Part shown: one piece after another, positions 1 to 6,933 of the stretch
Layout of the letters: each line of letters begins with the position of its first letter
Numbering within the stretch: the first letter of the stretch is position 1
Virus record (IMG/VR): IMGVR_UViG_3300006129_000028
Location: 1 to 25,604 of that record
From: a virus
Taxonomy: Duplodnaviria; Caudoviricetes
Length of the DNA stretch: 25,604 bases
Reading direction: 5' to 3' (one strand)
The notes under the pieces: model-generated
Told to the model about the DNA's origin: nothing
Database searches by the model: none
What the model saw: the letters and a program-made list of their open reading frames with translations, nothing else
Program-made: the position numbers and the translations under genes

Positions 1-77
1 CCTTGCCAACCAATCAACATTTGTATTTGATCCAGTGTTGGTTTTAATCGAATTTTGTATGCTGATATTTTCTGCAT
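1..77 (-). CDS. tnpB: TnpB (IS200/IS605 RNA-guided nuclease), N-terminal fragment running off the window edge
   Basis: Not in the ORF track. Manual translation from ATG at 77 gives MQKISAYKIRLKPTLDQIQMLIGWQG, matching the OrfB/TnpB N-terminal pattern (AYKxRLxPTxxQxxxLxxxxG). It lies about 105 nt inside an IS605-type subterminal hairpin. Confidence 0.75.
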   Translation of the reverse strand, partial: MQKISAYKIRLKPTLDQIQMLIGWQ

Positions 78-135
78 GTATAATTATTACCAGAAATAAA
101 AATATTATCAATAAAAGAAATAGATATTAGCTTAT

Positions 136-176
136 TTGACAAATCAATTATTGAGCATTATATTAATCAATAGGAG
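136..176 (+). promoter_or_regulatory. Sigma70-like promoter plus orphan RBS pointing out of the IS
   Basis: TTGACA(136-141)-17 nt-TATATT(159-164), then AGGAG(172-176) followed by ACG rather than ATG. Confidence 0.55.
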
Positions 177-201
177 CAACAACGCGCTTGTATCTGTTGG
201 T

Positions 202-468
202 CTAAAGACCCAACAGACTTGCGCGCGGTATTAAAAATTCCAATTTATCGGCTTCAGTTTCAAAAATCAATTGATCATTTTCAACATCTAACTTGGCTGA
301 ATATGGATCTAATAAAGTTTGAATTTCGTCTTTGATATAACTGTGATCATCTAATCCATGGCAATACCAACTAACGAGGCTCAAATCATTCAATTGAATG
401 AATTTTTCCCATAAAACAGTGGGCCATTGACTGTTTCCAATAGTTATTTTCAAAATTATGTTAGTCAT
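202..468 (-). CDS. Small paralog family member 4 (C-terminus replaced by IS sequence)
   Basis: Ends LIFETEADKLEFLI and then IS-derived PRASLLGL*. Its siblings end LEFxLxFG/WG*. Confidence 0.75.
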   Translation of the reverse strand: MTNIILKITIGNSQWPTVLWEKFIQLNDLSLVSWYCHGLDDHSYIKDEIQTLLDPYSAKLDVENDQLIFETEADKLEFLIPRASLLGL

Positions 469-472
469 CTAC

Positions 473-724
473 CTATCCAAACGTCAAAAGAAATTCAAGT
501 CGATCTTCAATAGAATCAAATCGGATTGTGAACTCAGCGCCCAGTAATTGCAAGCGACCATTGAAACTTTTCAAGAGTTGATCACGCCACAGATAAATTG
601 ATTCACCGTTTGAATATTCCAAACTGGATTCATAGGTTGCTTCATAGTGGGCTTTGAAATTACACCAAACTGTGGTGATGAATGTATCATCAAAAGATCC
701 CAAATGTAGATCAGCAATTTCCAT
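473..724 (-). CDS. Small paralog family member 3
   Basis: 83 aa, ends LKSFNG...IRFDSIEDRLEFLLTFG*. Separated from neighbours by 3-4 nt. Confidence 0.8.
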   Translation of the reverse strand: MEIADLHLGSFDDTFITTVWCNFKAHYEATYESSLEYSNGESIYLWRDQLLKSFNGRLQLLGAEFTIRFDSIEDRLEFLLTFG

Positions 725-727
725 TGG

Positions 728-1003
728 TTAACCAAACATCATTTTAAATTCCAGCTGGAGTTCTGGATTATCAAACGTGACTATGTTGCCATATTCTATT
801 ATGGTGGCTGAATAGATGCTCCCGTCTCTAGAATACCTAAACGCATTGAATTTCTTCAATTCAATTTCTGTAATTTTCATATATTTGTCGAGTATGTTTT
901 TTGTATGCAAAACTTGATATTGTTCTGAATCATATATCTTCCAAATATATTCAACGAAATTCTCATAAATATAATTGTCTTTGATTTTCATTCTTTTCTT
1001 CAT
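728..1003 (-). CDS. Small paralog family member 2 (start revised to ATG 1003; 991 also possible)
   Basis: Ends ELKKFNA...VTFDNPELQLEFKMMFG*. ATG 1003 lies 1 nt after the upstream stop and gives a 91-aa protein like its siblings. Confidence 0.75.
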   Translation of the reverse strand: MKKRMKIKDNYIYENFVEYIWKIYDSEQYQVLHTKNILDKYMKITEIELKKFNAFRYSRDGSIYSATIIEYGNIVTFDNPELQLEFKMMFG

Positions 1004-1004
1004 A

Positions 1005-1262
1005 TCATCCCCACGCCAATTTGAATTCCAACATGTCTTCAACTGATTGAAAAACAATGTGTCTTTCAATCCATTTCCCATTAAATTTTTCAATTTCAAT
1101 GTTTCCCAAGGTACGTCGTATTTCTAAAAAATCTGCATATGATACTGCCTGTTGATTAGCCAAGTCACTTACCCAATGATAAAATTTCTCTACTGTCCAT
1201 GGATAAATCATGAAATCAGTTTTCCAAGGTGTTTTGTCCACAGCTATCATTTTGATACTCAT
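1005..1262 (-). CDS. Small paralog family member 1
   Basis: Ends EIEKFNG...IVFQSVEDMLEFKLAWG*. Directly downstream of a sigma70 promoter. Confidence 0.8.
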   Translation of the reverse strand: MSIKMIAVDKTPWKTDFMIYPWTVEKFYHWVSDLANQQAVSYADFLEIRRTLGNIEIEKFNGKWIERHIVFQSVEDMLEFKLAWG

Positions 1263-1274
1263 TAATCAAACCAA

Positions 1275-1302
1275 ATTATATGAAAAAATCAACCGATGTC
1301 AA
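1275..1302 (-). promoter_or_regulatory. Sigma70-type (early) promoter for the paralog array
   Basis: TTGACA(1302-1297)-16 nt-TATAAT(1280-1275). Confidence 0.7.
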
Positions 1303-1311
1303 ATAGCTTTC

Positions 1312-1340
1312 TTGACATGTGAAAACGAAACTGCTATTAT
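1312..1340 (+). promoter_or_regulatory. Sigma70-type promoter for the deaminase gene
   Basis: TTGACA(1312-1317)-17 nt-TATTAT(1335-1340), with an extended -10 TG. Confidence 0.7.
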
Positions 1341-1372
1341 CATCAAGTTGTTAGCAAGTTTTGGTAATTCAA

Positions 1373-1810
1373 ATGTATGAACGCCGGCATCAAAAGATTT
1401 TTAGGGAGTTGGACAAGGTCACCCAGACTCTGGAACCAGTTTTCAAAGCTCGCATTGCCGCGGCACTAGTCTATAAAAATGAAATTATTGCACTGGGAAT
1501 CAACAGCAACAAAACGCACCCACTGCAAAAGCGATTTGCTATTCCCAAGTATTCCAGTCCTAATACTGAGCGTATCTATAAGCATGCTGAAATCGATTGT
1601 CTTAGACAAGCTATCCGAAACACTGATGACGCCACCATTCAGCGCGCAACCATGTATGTCTATCGGTCAAAAAATCAGGATCAATTCAGTGGCAAGTCAA
1701 TTCCAGCATTGAGTCGACCCTGCCCTGGATGTCAATCGGCACTGACTGCATTTGGGATTAGTCGAGTTTGTTATTCTACTGAAGACGGGTATGACTGGCT
1801 TGAAGATTAA
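1373..1810 (+). CDS. Zn-dependent cytidine/CMP deaminase-superfamily protein
   Basis: Contains IAAALV..NEIIALGIN, HAE and RPCPGC Zn motifs. ATG 1373 is preferred over TTG 1361. Confidence 0.8.
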   Translation: MYERRHQKIFRELDKVTQTLEPVFKARIAAALVYKNEIIALGINSNKTHPLQKRFAIPKYSSPNTERIYKHAEIDCLRQAIRNTDDATIQRATMYVYRSKNQDQFSGKSIPALSRPCPGCQSALTAFGISRVCYSTEDGYDWLED

Positions 1811-2451
1811 TCGATCTTCTGTTTGAGGTTGTCTAAAAATTGATCCCATTGCATCAGCAATTTTTCAGTTTCAAACCAAATCTGTGTACAAGCAAGATTA
1901 ATATCTGCTTGCTTTTCTAAACTCAGACCAGCACTTTGAAACTCTTTTAGTTTTTGTGGGCGCTTGTCAATTATTTTAATACTTGGCAATTTTGGTGGAG
2001 CAACAGTTTTATGCTCTTCCAGCAATTTATTAACTATCGTAGTTAATTCTGGAATTTTTTCCTGTAATTTATCTAAAACCTCTTTGTATTTGTAGCTAGT
2101 GACGGCTTCAGGATCTTTGGATATTTGTAGGATAAAATTGTTGGTTTCAACAATACGCGTGCAACAAGCGTCTTCAGCTTTAAACAAACTTGCAACCAGT
2201 ACTTTGGTGTCTTCTTTGGCAGCTTCTTTCAATTGTTTGGCTTGTTCTTCCAGTTGTTCTAATCTCAATAGATTCATAACCAATTTGTTATAACGACGAT
2301 TTCTATAACCGTTTAGGAATGCCACAATTTTGTTGACTACTCCCTTGGCGCCACTGGCCGTATATATTGTAGAAGGATCTGCATTTTCGGGTGGTTCATA
2401 ATCCAGTTCTTTGGCTTCTTTTATGGACTTTGCAAAATCTGAATATCTCAT
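1807..2451 (-). CDS. Hypothetical late protein with coiled coil, possible capsid internal protein
   Basis: 214 aa, with AGGA RBS and upstream ATAAATA box (2479-2473). Leader MRYSDFAKSIKE. Confidence 0.65.
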   Translation of the reverse strand: MRYSDFAKSIKEAKELDYEPPENADPSTIYTASGAKGVVNKIVAFLNGYRNRRYNKLVMNLLRLEQLEEQAKQLKEAAKEDTKVLVASLFKAEDACCTRIVETNNFILQISKDPEAVTSYKYKEVLDKLQEKIPELTTIVNKLLEEHKTVAPPKLPSIKIIDKRPQKLKEFQSAGLSLEKQADINLACTQIWFETEKLLMQWDQFLDNLKQKID

Positions 2452-2513
2452 GGGTTTCCTAAATTTGTAGACTATTTATTTATTCTGTTTGGTGGTATCT
2501 GTATAATTGAATT

Positions 2514-2708
2514 ATGAAGATAGAATTATTCAGAGACTGGCCAGATGATTCAAAACCCTGTTGGGAAACTAACAGATTACTCTGGCAAGAATTTTTGAAA
2601 TTGAATCAATTAAAAAATCCACAATCCGTTTGGACAGAAGCCGAAGTAGTGCAGTGGATAGATTTAAAATATTCTGAAAATAACATGTTGGAATTACAAA
2701 GGAAATAA
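2514..2708 (+). CDS. Hypothetical protein, possibly a distant relative of the 202-1262 family
   Basis: TATAAT at 2502-2507, 6 nt before the ATG. LLWQEFLKLNQL resembles VLWEKFIQLNDL of 202..468. Confidence 0.55.
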   Translation: MKIELFRDWPDDSKPCWETNRLLWQEFLKLNQLKNPQSVWTEAEVVQWIDLKYSENNMLELQRK

Positions 2709-2900
2709 ATGAAAAAGTCCAATAATGATGCTTTAATCGGTGCAATATTTAATGCCAAACGCGCACTGGAAAATGCTCTTAGATGGAACAAAGATCCTCC
2801 TGTAATTTTATTATGTCATGACGTACAAGCTCTAATTAAAGCAGCTGAGTCTCAATTAGCAATTATCCAGTCTGCTGAAAAAACAGATCCACCGTCTTAG
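2709..2900 (+). CDS. Hypothetical protein
   Basis: 63 aa, abuts the upstream stop, AAGGA upstream, helical composition. Confidence 0.55.
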   Translation: MKKSNNDALIGAIFNAKRALENALRWNKDPPVILLCHDVQALIKAAESQLAIIQSAEKTDPPS

Positions 2901-3210
2901 AATTTTCAGCGGTTATTTCTACTATGCCTTTTATGACAGCATCTGGCACTCTTTTTTGAAGTTGTTTTAAAATGTCATCTGTTTTGGATTCCAAACAACA
3001 GGCAATCACCCAGCTTTGTCGATGTTCAGATTGAAATCGAACTATTTCATTGGCATTTAAATTTTTCCAAAGTTCATAATATCGTTCATTTTCTATAACA
3101 ATGTTGGTTTTGATATTGAGCCAACTTCCCATTTCAATTAATTGGAACGGTGGATCTATATCTATTCGACCTTCTTGCCAAGTTTCAAAAATACAATAAA
3201 ATTTTTTCAC
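2863..3210 (-). CDS. Hypothetical protein
   Basis: 115 aa, GTG start 4 nt downstream of ATAAATA (3221-3215). Confidence 0.65.
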   Translation of the reverse strand: MKKFYCIFETWQEGRIDIDPPFQLIEMGSWLNIKTNIVIENERYYELWKNLNANEIVRFQSEHRQSWVIACCLESKTDDILKQLQKRVPDAVIKGIVEITAENSKTVDLFFQQTG

Positions 3211-3214
3211 TAAT

Positions 3215-3229
3215 TATTTATGATAAATA
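3215..3229. promoter_or_regulatory. Back-to-back T4-late-like ATAAATA boxes
   Basis: Minus box 3221-3215 and plus box 3223-3229 sit within a 25-nt intergenic gap. Confidence 0.6.
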
Positions 3230-3235
3230 AATTGA

Positions 3236-3478
3236 ATGGCAAAAAATACTGACAATATACAAGTCACTGGTCGAATAGTTGAACTGCTTCCCAATGCGTT
3301 CTTTAGAGTTGAGTTGGAAAATTCTGTGAGAATATTGGGTCACTTAAGTGGCAAAATGCGAATGCATAATATTAGTATCAAATTAGGTGACCGAGTTGAC
3401 ATGGAAATGAGTCCCTATGATTTGACCAAGGGCAGAATCATATTTCGACATAAAGTTGATAATTTCAAAAAGTCTTAA
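3236..3478 (+). CDS. infA: Translation initiation factor IF-1
   Basis: [17 protein letters not shown]...HLSGKMR...[21 protein letters not shown] is the IF-1 signature. Confidence 0.96.
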   Translation: MAKNTDNIQVTGRIVELLPNAFFRVELENSVRILGHLSGKMRMHNISIKLGDRVDMEMSPYDLTKGRIIFRHKVDNFKKS

Positions 3479-4399
3479 TTATTTCTTCACATTGAAAGAA
3501 TAGTATTTTAAAGTGTCTTGTAATTCATGAAAAGTAATTTGACTGGTTTTAGTTTTGACAATTTGATCATCCAAAAAGAATGTACAATCGTATCTATTTT
3601 TGTAGGGCATTATAAATTCAAGCAGTTTTCTTATGGTCGCCCGTCTGACTCTACTATTGTAGAATTGAATGTTTAGACTTTTAGGAGTGGTATTGACTCT
3701 GATCCATCCAGCCGCCAATGCAGCATTAGCTGGTAAATCTTTTATGTCAAAGTCCGGATGATCAATATCTGGTAAAGGGAATTGTTGGGCTGCTATTTCG
3801 TTATGGTGTATTCCATGCGCATGGTCAATGTATAATATTTCTTGATTATCGGTTATCCAAAATCCATCCATATGCATGCTGGCTTCCAACAATTGCCCAT
3901 TGTTGAAAATTCTAAATAATGTCAGCTCTTCAGAATCTGGTCGAGATTGATACGGTAAACTTTGATACTGCCATCCCAATCTTCGAGCTAACTTAGGAAC
4001 TATATTTTTGTAGGATTCGATCCTAACAGGTTCTTTGGCGGAGAACATGATTTCGGTTGCAGATTCTGCCTTTATAAAATCCAATAATATATTGTAGATT
4101 GTACTGAAAAGTCGAGTGGCACTTACGATTTTATTTTTTGCCAAGTTGTTCAATGCATAGGGATCATGGAGGGGACGGTCCGGCCCGAATGTACCAAACT
4201 CCATGCTCCAAACTCGAGGATATTTTGCCAATCCACCACGTTGAAACGTGACTTCATATTTGATGTCTAATTTTTCAGTTGGGCGAAATTCCCAGATATA
4301 GAGATTGCTAGTCTGAAAAGACAAGCTATATGGAAACGGTGAATCACCTGTTTCAAAAATTGCAATTCGGTTGTTTTCAAATAAGTCAGTTAATCGCAT
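3479..4399 (-). CDS. Two-domain hypothetical late protein, probable capsid internal (poly)protein
   Basis: Exact TATAAATA (4411-4404) 4 nt upstream. Leader MRLTDLFE. An internal QLLE|A separates domain 1 (..IMFSAKE..R..SY) from domain 2 (GFWI..H..H..GWIRV). Confidence 0.65.
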   Translation of the reverse strand: MRLTDLFENNRIAIFETGDSPFPYSLSFQTSNLYIWEFRPTEKLDIKYEVTFQRGGLAKYPRVWSMEFGTFGPDRPLHDPYALNNLAKNKIVSATRLFSTIYNILLDFIKAESATEIMFSAKEPVRIESYKNIVPKLARRLGWQYQSLPYQSRPDSEELTLFRIFNNGQLLEASMHMDGFWITDNQEILYIDHAHGIHHNEIAAQQFPLPDIDHPDFDIKDLPANAALAAGWIRVNTTPKSLNIQFYNSRVRRATIRKLLEFIMPYKNRYDCTFFLDDQIVKTKTSQITFHELQDTLKYYSFNVKK

Positions 4400-4402
4400 T
4401 CA

Positions 4403-4669
4403 TTATTTATAGATATTTTTCAAGCTTGGGTCTCGACATGATTCAGGATGAATATTGTGCCAGGCTTCAGTACTTTGTCTGCATGCGGCTGCTTGAATCA
4501 TGGGTGTCGGATGATCTATATAGACGATTGCTCGCCAATCTTTTTTGACCGCTGACAATTGAACTCTCAGACTGGGATTTTTGATATTCCGGATTAGAGT
4601 ATGTCCAATTTGCACGTAGATTATTTGAACATCTTCAGTCAAATTATTTGCATCAGAATACTTGTTCAT
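4403..4669 (-). CDS. Short-repeat protein (DUF4116-like IKNPS.xVQLxAV repeats)
   Basis: Repeats IRNIKNPSLRVQLSAVKK and IVYIDHPTPMIQAAACRQ. Confidence 0.6.
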   Translation of the reverse strand: MNKYSDANNLTEDVQIIYVQIGHTLIRNIKNPSLRVQLSAVKKDWRAIVYIDHPTPMIQAAACRQSTEAWHNIHPESCRDPSLKNIYK

Positions 4670-5120
4670 CTGATTTCACCAAGATATCCAAAATGCCTTC
4701 TGCCATAGTGGTGTATACTCGTTGCACTATGTCAGAATTCCAAGTCCCATCAACAGCGTTAACGCCGCCTTGTACACTAAACAAAGCCTGTGCTAATTGT
4801 TCAGGGTCAATTTTGATTCGAAGTGCAGGACAATCGGGTTCACCATATTTGCAGCTATGATCATAGGGCCAAATATTACAATGAGATAAGTGTGTTTGTA
4901 AGTCACGTTCAGCCGATCGATATTGTTCAAGCTCAGTCAAAAGATCAATTAGGACAGATGATTCAATTGTAACGAATGCATCGTCTCCAGCTGGAACGGA
5001 CTTGGTTGATTCTCGACTCTTGACCAACAGCTCTTCAATCACATCATCTGAAATTGAATAGATTTCTAGATCTTGATCCTGATCTTCGATATTGAAAAAT
5101 TGTTCCATGTCAAACCTCAT
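4653..5120 (-). CDS. Hypothetical acidic protein
   Basis: 155 aa. Upstream TTGATT..TATATT promoter-like sequence. Contains an H-x-C-x-YG-x-x-x-CP cluster. Confidence 0.6.
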   Translation of the reverse strand: MRFDMEQFFNIEDQDQDLEIYSISDDVIEELLVKSRESTKSVPAGDDAFVTIESSVLIDLLTELEQYRSAERDLQTHLSHCNIWPYDHSCKYGEPDCPALRIKIDPEQLAQALFSVQGGVNAVDGTWNSDIVQRVYTTMAEGILDILVKSDEQVF

Positions 5121-5194
5121 TTATTTCAATATATGGAATTTTTCAAAGAAATCAACCAAAATTTCATAAATAGCTGTGGTTGTGGAAACATGTC

Positions 5195-5683
5195 ATGAAA
5201 CTAATAGAATTATTTGAAAAAAAGATTTTCAGCTTGTTTGAAGACAGTGAAATGCTGACAGCTGAATCAGAAAAACTTTTGGATCAAAGAGTTACTGACA
5301 AATTTATCACAACTCTAAAATTGGGTCAACGAGAAGTCGGGTCTTTTATATTCACTAGATACGCACATATAGAAAACAACAAGCGAATAGTTGTTAATAA
5401 TTATTCTTCTGTGAATTCTAATTTCAGAAATTTGGGATATGGTAAGATACTTTTGTTGGCTGCAATTGCGTCAGCAGCACACTATCACATCATATTTGAA
5501 AAGGATAATTCTGGAATTAGTCCCACTCAAAAATCAGTTTATGAAAGTTTGTTGAGATCAGGCTATATTAAACAGCAGCCAGCCTTTTATGACATGGCTG
5601 GATTTGAACATGTTGAATGGCGAATAACTGATCTAGGGTTGGATTTTTTGAATCATCAAATCGGCGCGATCAAGTTTCTTTGA
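5195..5683 (+). CDS. GNAT-fold acetyltransferase-like protein with capsid-targeting-like leader
   Basis: Motif A-like SSVNSNFRNLGYGKILL. Start revised to MKLIELFE (ATG 5195). ATAAATA at 5166-5172. Confidence 0.65.
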   Translation: MKLIELFEKKIFSLFEDSEMLTAESEKLLDQRVTDKFITTLKLGQREVGSFIFTRYAHIENNKRIVVNNYSSVNSNFRNLGYGKILLLAAIASAAHYHIIFEKDNSGISPTQKSVYESLLRSGYIKQQPAFYDMAGFEHVEWRITDLGLDFLNHQIGAIKFL

Positions 5684-5824
5684 ATCTGCAATGTCACCCA
5701 AATATTCTCCCAGAATCTGGTAAGCACGTTCACTTGCTAGCTCATCAGCTAATTTGGGATCCATGCCAGATTCAATCAAGTCATCCAGTACTTCTGTGTA
5801 TAGCTTGAGATAAATGTCCTTCAT
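5633..5824 (-). CDS. Hypothetical small acidic helical protein
   Basis: ATG 5824 overlaps the upstream stop (TAATG coupling). Confidence 0.6.
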   Translation of the reverse strand: MKDIYLKLYTEVLDDLIESGMDPKLADELASERAYQILGEYLGDIADSKKLDRADLMIQKIQP

Positions 5825-6096
5825 TACCAATCTCCTGAACTTCCGCCACCACCAAAATCACCACCGGCGCCGGTGAATGAATCAGGAGTACTCGTATCAA
5901 TTGAGGTGAAAACAGACGAGCTGTCAAACACCGGAGATGAATCAACCGTAGAAATGCTTTCTTCATGGCGAGTATTTTTGAAATTTTCACTCAGTGCAAC
6001 GTTGGTGTGACCACAATGAACACAACGGCTTTGACCATATACAACGGTAGTCATATAAGTCTTCTTACAAGAATTGCAGGTTACTTTCTGAGACAT
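5824..6096 (-). CDS. Zn-ribbon protein with Ser/Gly-rich tail
   Basis: CNSC...CVHC, then FTGAGGDFGGGGSSGDW. AAGGA RBS and TTGACT-17-TATAAA upstream (6155-6127). Confidence 0.7.
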   Translation of the reverse strand: MSQKVTCNSCKKTYMTTVVYGQSRCVHCGHTNVALSENFKNTRHEESISTVDSSPVFDSSSVFTSIDTSTPDSFTGAGGDFGGGGSSGDW

Positions 6097-6157
6097 TGTG
6101 AGTTCCTTTTTAAAAGCAGTAATTGATTTATAGCTTGATATTAAAGTCTAGTCAAGA

Positions 6158-6847
6158 TCACAAATCACCATCTGAAAAATGACCATAGGGAGCAAGCATG
6201 TCATCAGGCCCGGTTCTACCACCCAAATAACCATGTTTGTATTGTCGGCCTTCAACCATATAAGTAAAGCTTTCAGGAGACTCTAAAAGATAAAAGAATC
6301 GTTGTCCCCGCCCAGTTACTGGATTGTAGTAATCATATGCTTGGTTGTCATCTTTGGGATCTATTGCAATTGTACCATCAGGTAATTCGCTACCTATATC
6401 CGAAAAATCAAAACTTATATTGTTTTTGATATCCATGATTTTTGCAGTGAAAAAGGGGGATTTCACCAAACTGTTCCAAAGTGCTATTCCAGCTTTTGTC
6501 ATATGTGTATCGCTCAAAATTTCTAGGTTGCTAGTTTTTTTGATAAACAGCATTAACTCACTTAAAATACCACGTTTTTGAAAGTTGGGATCTACAAAAG
6601 CATTATCAGCACAAAACATATTGCCACCAACCCATTGTAAGCCAATATATCCAATGGGATGATCTACCCCCTGTTTGGAATCAACCACCAAATAAACTTG
6701 ATACGTATCAGTTTTGACTTGATAGACCCATAATTTAGAACCAGTCCAATTTCGAGGTTTGATTCGACCAACTCGGACTCCATCTTTTGCAGAAGGCATT
6801 TCAAATGGCTGATCAATAGCCTCGATATATTCTTGCAGTGATTTCAT
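6158..6847 (-). CDS. GNAT-fold acetyltransferase-like protein with capsid-targeting-like leader
   Basis: FVDPNFQKRGILSELM (motif A) and ILSDTHMTKAGIALWNSL. N-terminus MKSLQEYIE. Confidence 0.7.
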   Translation of the reverse strand: MKSLQEYIEAIDQPFEMPSAKDGVRVGRIKPRNWTGSKLWVYQVKTDTYQVYLVVDSKQGVDHPIGYIGLQWVGGNMFCADNAFVDPNFQKRGILSELMLFIKKTSNLEILSDTHMTKAGIALWNSLVKSPFFTAKIMDIKNNISFDFSDIGSELPDGTIAIDPKDDNQAYDYYNPVTGRGQRFFYLLESPESFTYMVEGRQYKHGYLGGRTGPDDMLAPYGHFSDGDL

Positions 6848-6848
6848 C

Positions 6849-6932
6849 TTATTTCTTCTGTTGTTTTTTGATTTCCTTGTTCATCCCATGCACAAAACAC
6901 CAAGCAATATACAATCCAATAATTTCCAACAT
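6849..6932 (-). CDS. 27-aa membrane-anchored micropeptide (not in ORF track)
   Basis: MLEIIGLYIAWCFVHGMNKEIKKQQKK*. Fills the gap with 1-nt spacing on both sides. AAGGA upstream. Confidence 0.55.
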   Translation of the reverse strand: MLEIIGLYIAWCFVHGMNKEIKKQQKK

Positions 6933-6933
6933 T

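Larger units (their letters stand above)
1..229 (-). mobile_element. Left end of an IS200/IS605-family element (tnpB present, no tnpA on this side)
   Basis: Minus strand reads TTTTTAAT|ACCGCGCGCAAG-TCTGTTGG-GTCTTTAGA-CCAACAGA-TACAAGCGCG. This is an imperfect hairpin (217-193) with outer CGCGC/GCGCG pairing, preceded by an AT-rich target motif. It replaces the conserved C-terminus of ORF 202..468 and is followed by a tnpB start. Confidence 0.7.

Noticed and set aside
183-227. Hairpin as a rho-independent terminator for the paralog array
   Set aside because: There is no U-tract on either strand, it overlaps the coding end, and its context (target motif, tnpB) fits an IS end better.
1004-1099. 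N-terminal extension of ORF 728..1099
   Set aside because: It overlaps the upstream paralog by 95 nt. ATG 1003 gives family-typical length and tight coupling.
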